Source: Mobula hypostoma (lineage: Eukaryota). From it: a stretch of DNA of 64,000 nucleotides. The notes under the pieces were generated by a model. It saw only the letters and a program-made list of their open reading frames with translations, was not told the origin of the DNA and ran no database searches. The DNA is taken from assembly GCF_963921235.1 (NCBI RefSeq), contig NC_086101.1:31868001-31932000 (forward strand), read 5' to 3'. Below, piece after piece: positions 63,241 through 64,000 of this stretch (the stretch's first letter is position 1; every line of letters begins with the position of its first letter). The translations under genes and the position numbers were made by a program.

Positions 63241-64000
63241 CAGTGCATGCAAAAGTTTGGGCACCCCAATCAATATTTATGTTACTGTGAATAGCTAAGT
63301 GAGCAAAAGATGACCTGATTTCCAAAAGGCATGAAGTTAAAGATGACACACTTCTTCAATATTTTAAGCAAGATTACTTTTTTATTTCTGTCTTCTACAG
63401 TTTCAAACTAACAAAAAGGGAAAAGGGCCCGAAGCAAAAGTTTGGGCACTCTGCATGGTCAGTACTTAGTAACACCCCCTTTGGCAAGTATCACAGCTTG
63501 TAAATGCTTTTGTAGCCAGCTAAGAGTCTTTCAATTCTTGTTTGGGGGATTTTCACCCATTCTTCCTTGAAAAAGGTTTCTAGTTCTGTGAGATTCTTGG
63601 GCCGTCTCGCATGCACTGCTCTTTTGAGGTCTATCCACAGATTTTTGATGATGTTTAGGTCGGGGGACTGTGAGGGCCATGGGAAAACCTTCAGCTTGCA
63701 CCTCTTGAGGTAGTCCGTTGTGGATTTTGAGGTGTGTTTAGGATCATTATCCTGTTGTAGAACCATCCTCTTTTCATCTTCAGCTCTTTTACAGACAGTG
63801 TTATGTTTGTTTCCAGAATTTGCTGGTATTTATTTGAATTAATTCTTCCCTCTACCAGTGAAATGTTCCCCATGCCACTAGCTGCAACACAAGCCTAAAG
63901 CATGTTTGATCCACCCCCGTGCTTAACAGTTTGAGAGGTATTCTTTTCATGAAATTCTGCACCCTTTTTTCTCCAAACATACCTTTGCTCATTGCAACCA
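63241..64000 (-). mobile_element. Tc1-family DNA transposon, 3' end (runs off the window)
   Basis: TA|CAGTGCATGCAAAAGTTTGGGCAC terminus; transposase LQQDNDPKHTSKST...WPSQSPDLNII.NLW. Confidence 0.92.

Noticed and set aside
57101-64000. Leader exon for gene A
   Set aside because: No ATG-hydrophobic-G|GT exon was found on the minus strand; it probably lies beyond the window.

Overview
Eukaryotic, repeat-rich DNA from a cartilaginous fish, probably a ray (inferred from the repeat families). It looks like part of an MHC class I region. The minus strand carries three MHC class I heavy-chain ectodomain sets that resemble the elasmobranch UAA lineage. Gene A (57100-50715) is conventional: alpha1, alpha2, alpha3, TM and two cytoplasmic exons, with its leader not found in the window. 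It has lost two peptide C-terminus anchor residues (R84Q, T143I). Gene B is unusual: a leader exon at 16749-16698 is followed by two tandem alpha1-alpha2-alpha3 cassettes (6471-3679 and 2671-389). Both cassettes have open frames, intact phase-1 splice sites and the full anchor-residue set, and both share a ~474 bp deletion that removes the TM exon. They can therefore splice into one chain with tandem class I ectodomains and no visible membrane anchor. A second, paralogous leader exon lies head-to-head on the plus strand (17149-17200) across a 399 bp CCAAT-containing spacer, with no plus-strand gene body in the window. The window also holds a two-exon TAP2-like pseudogene relic and a GNL2 retrocopy lacking its GTPase domain. 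The remainder is CR1, L1, Rex/Babar, Penelope-like (some with hammerhead-like cores), Gypsy/ERV, SINE and Tc1 remnants. Family assignments come from recalled motifs; no database search was run.
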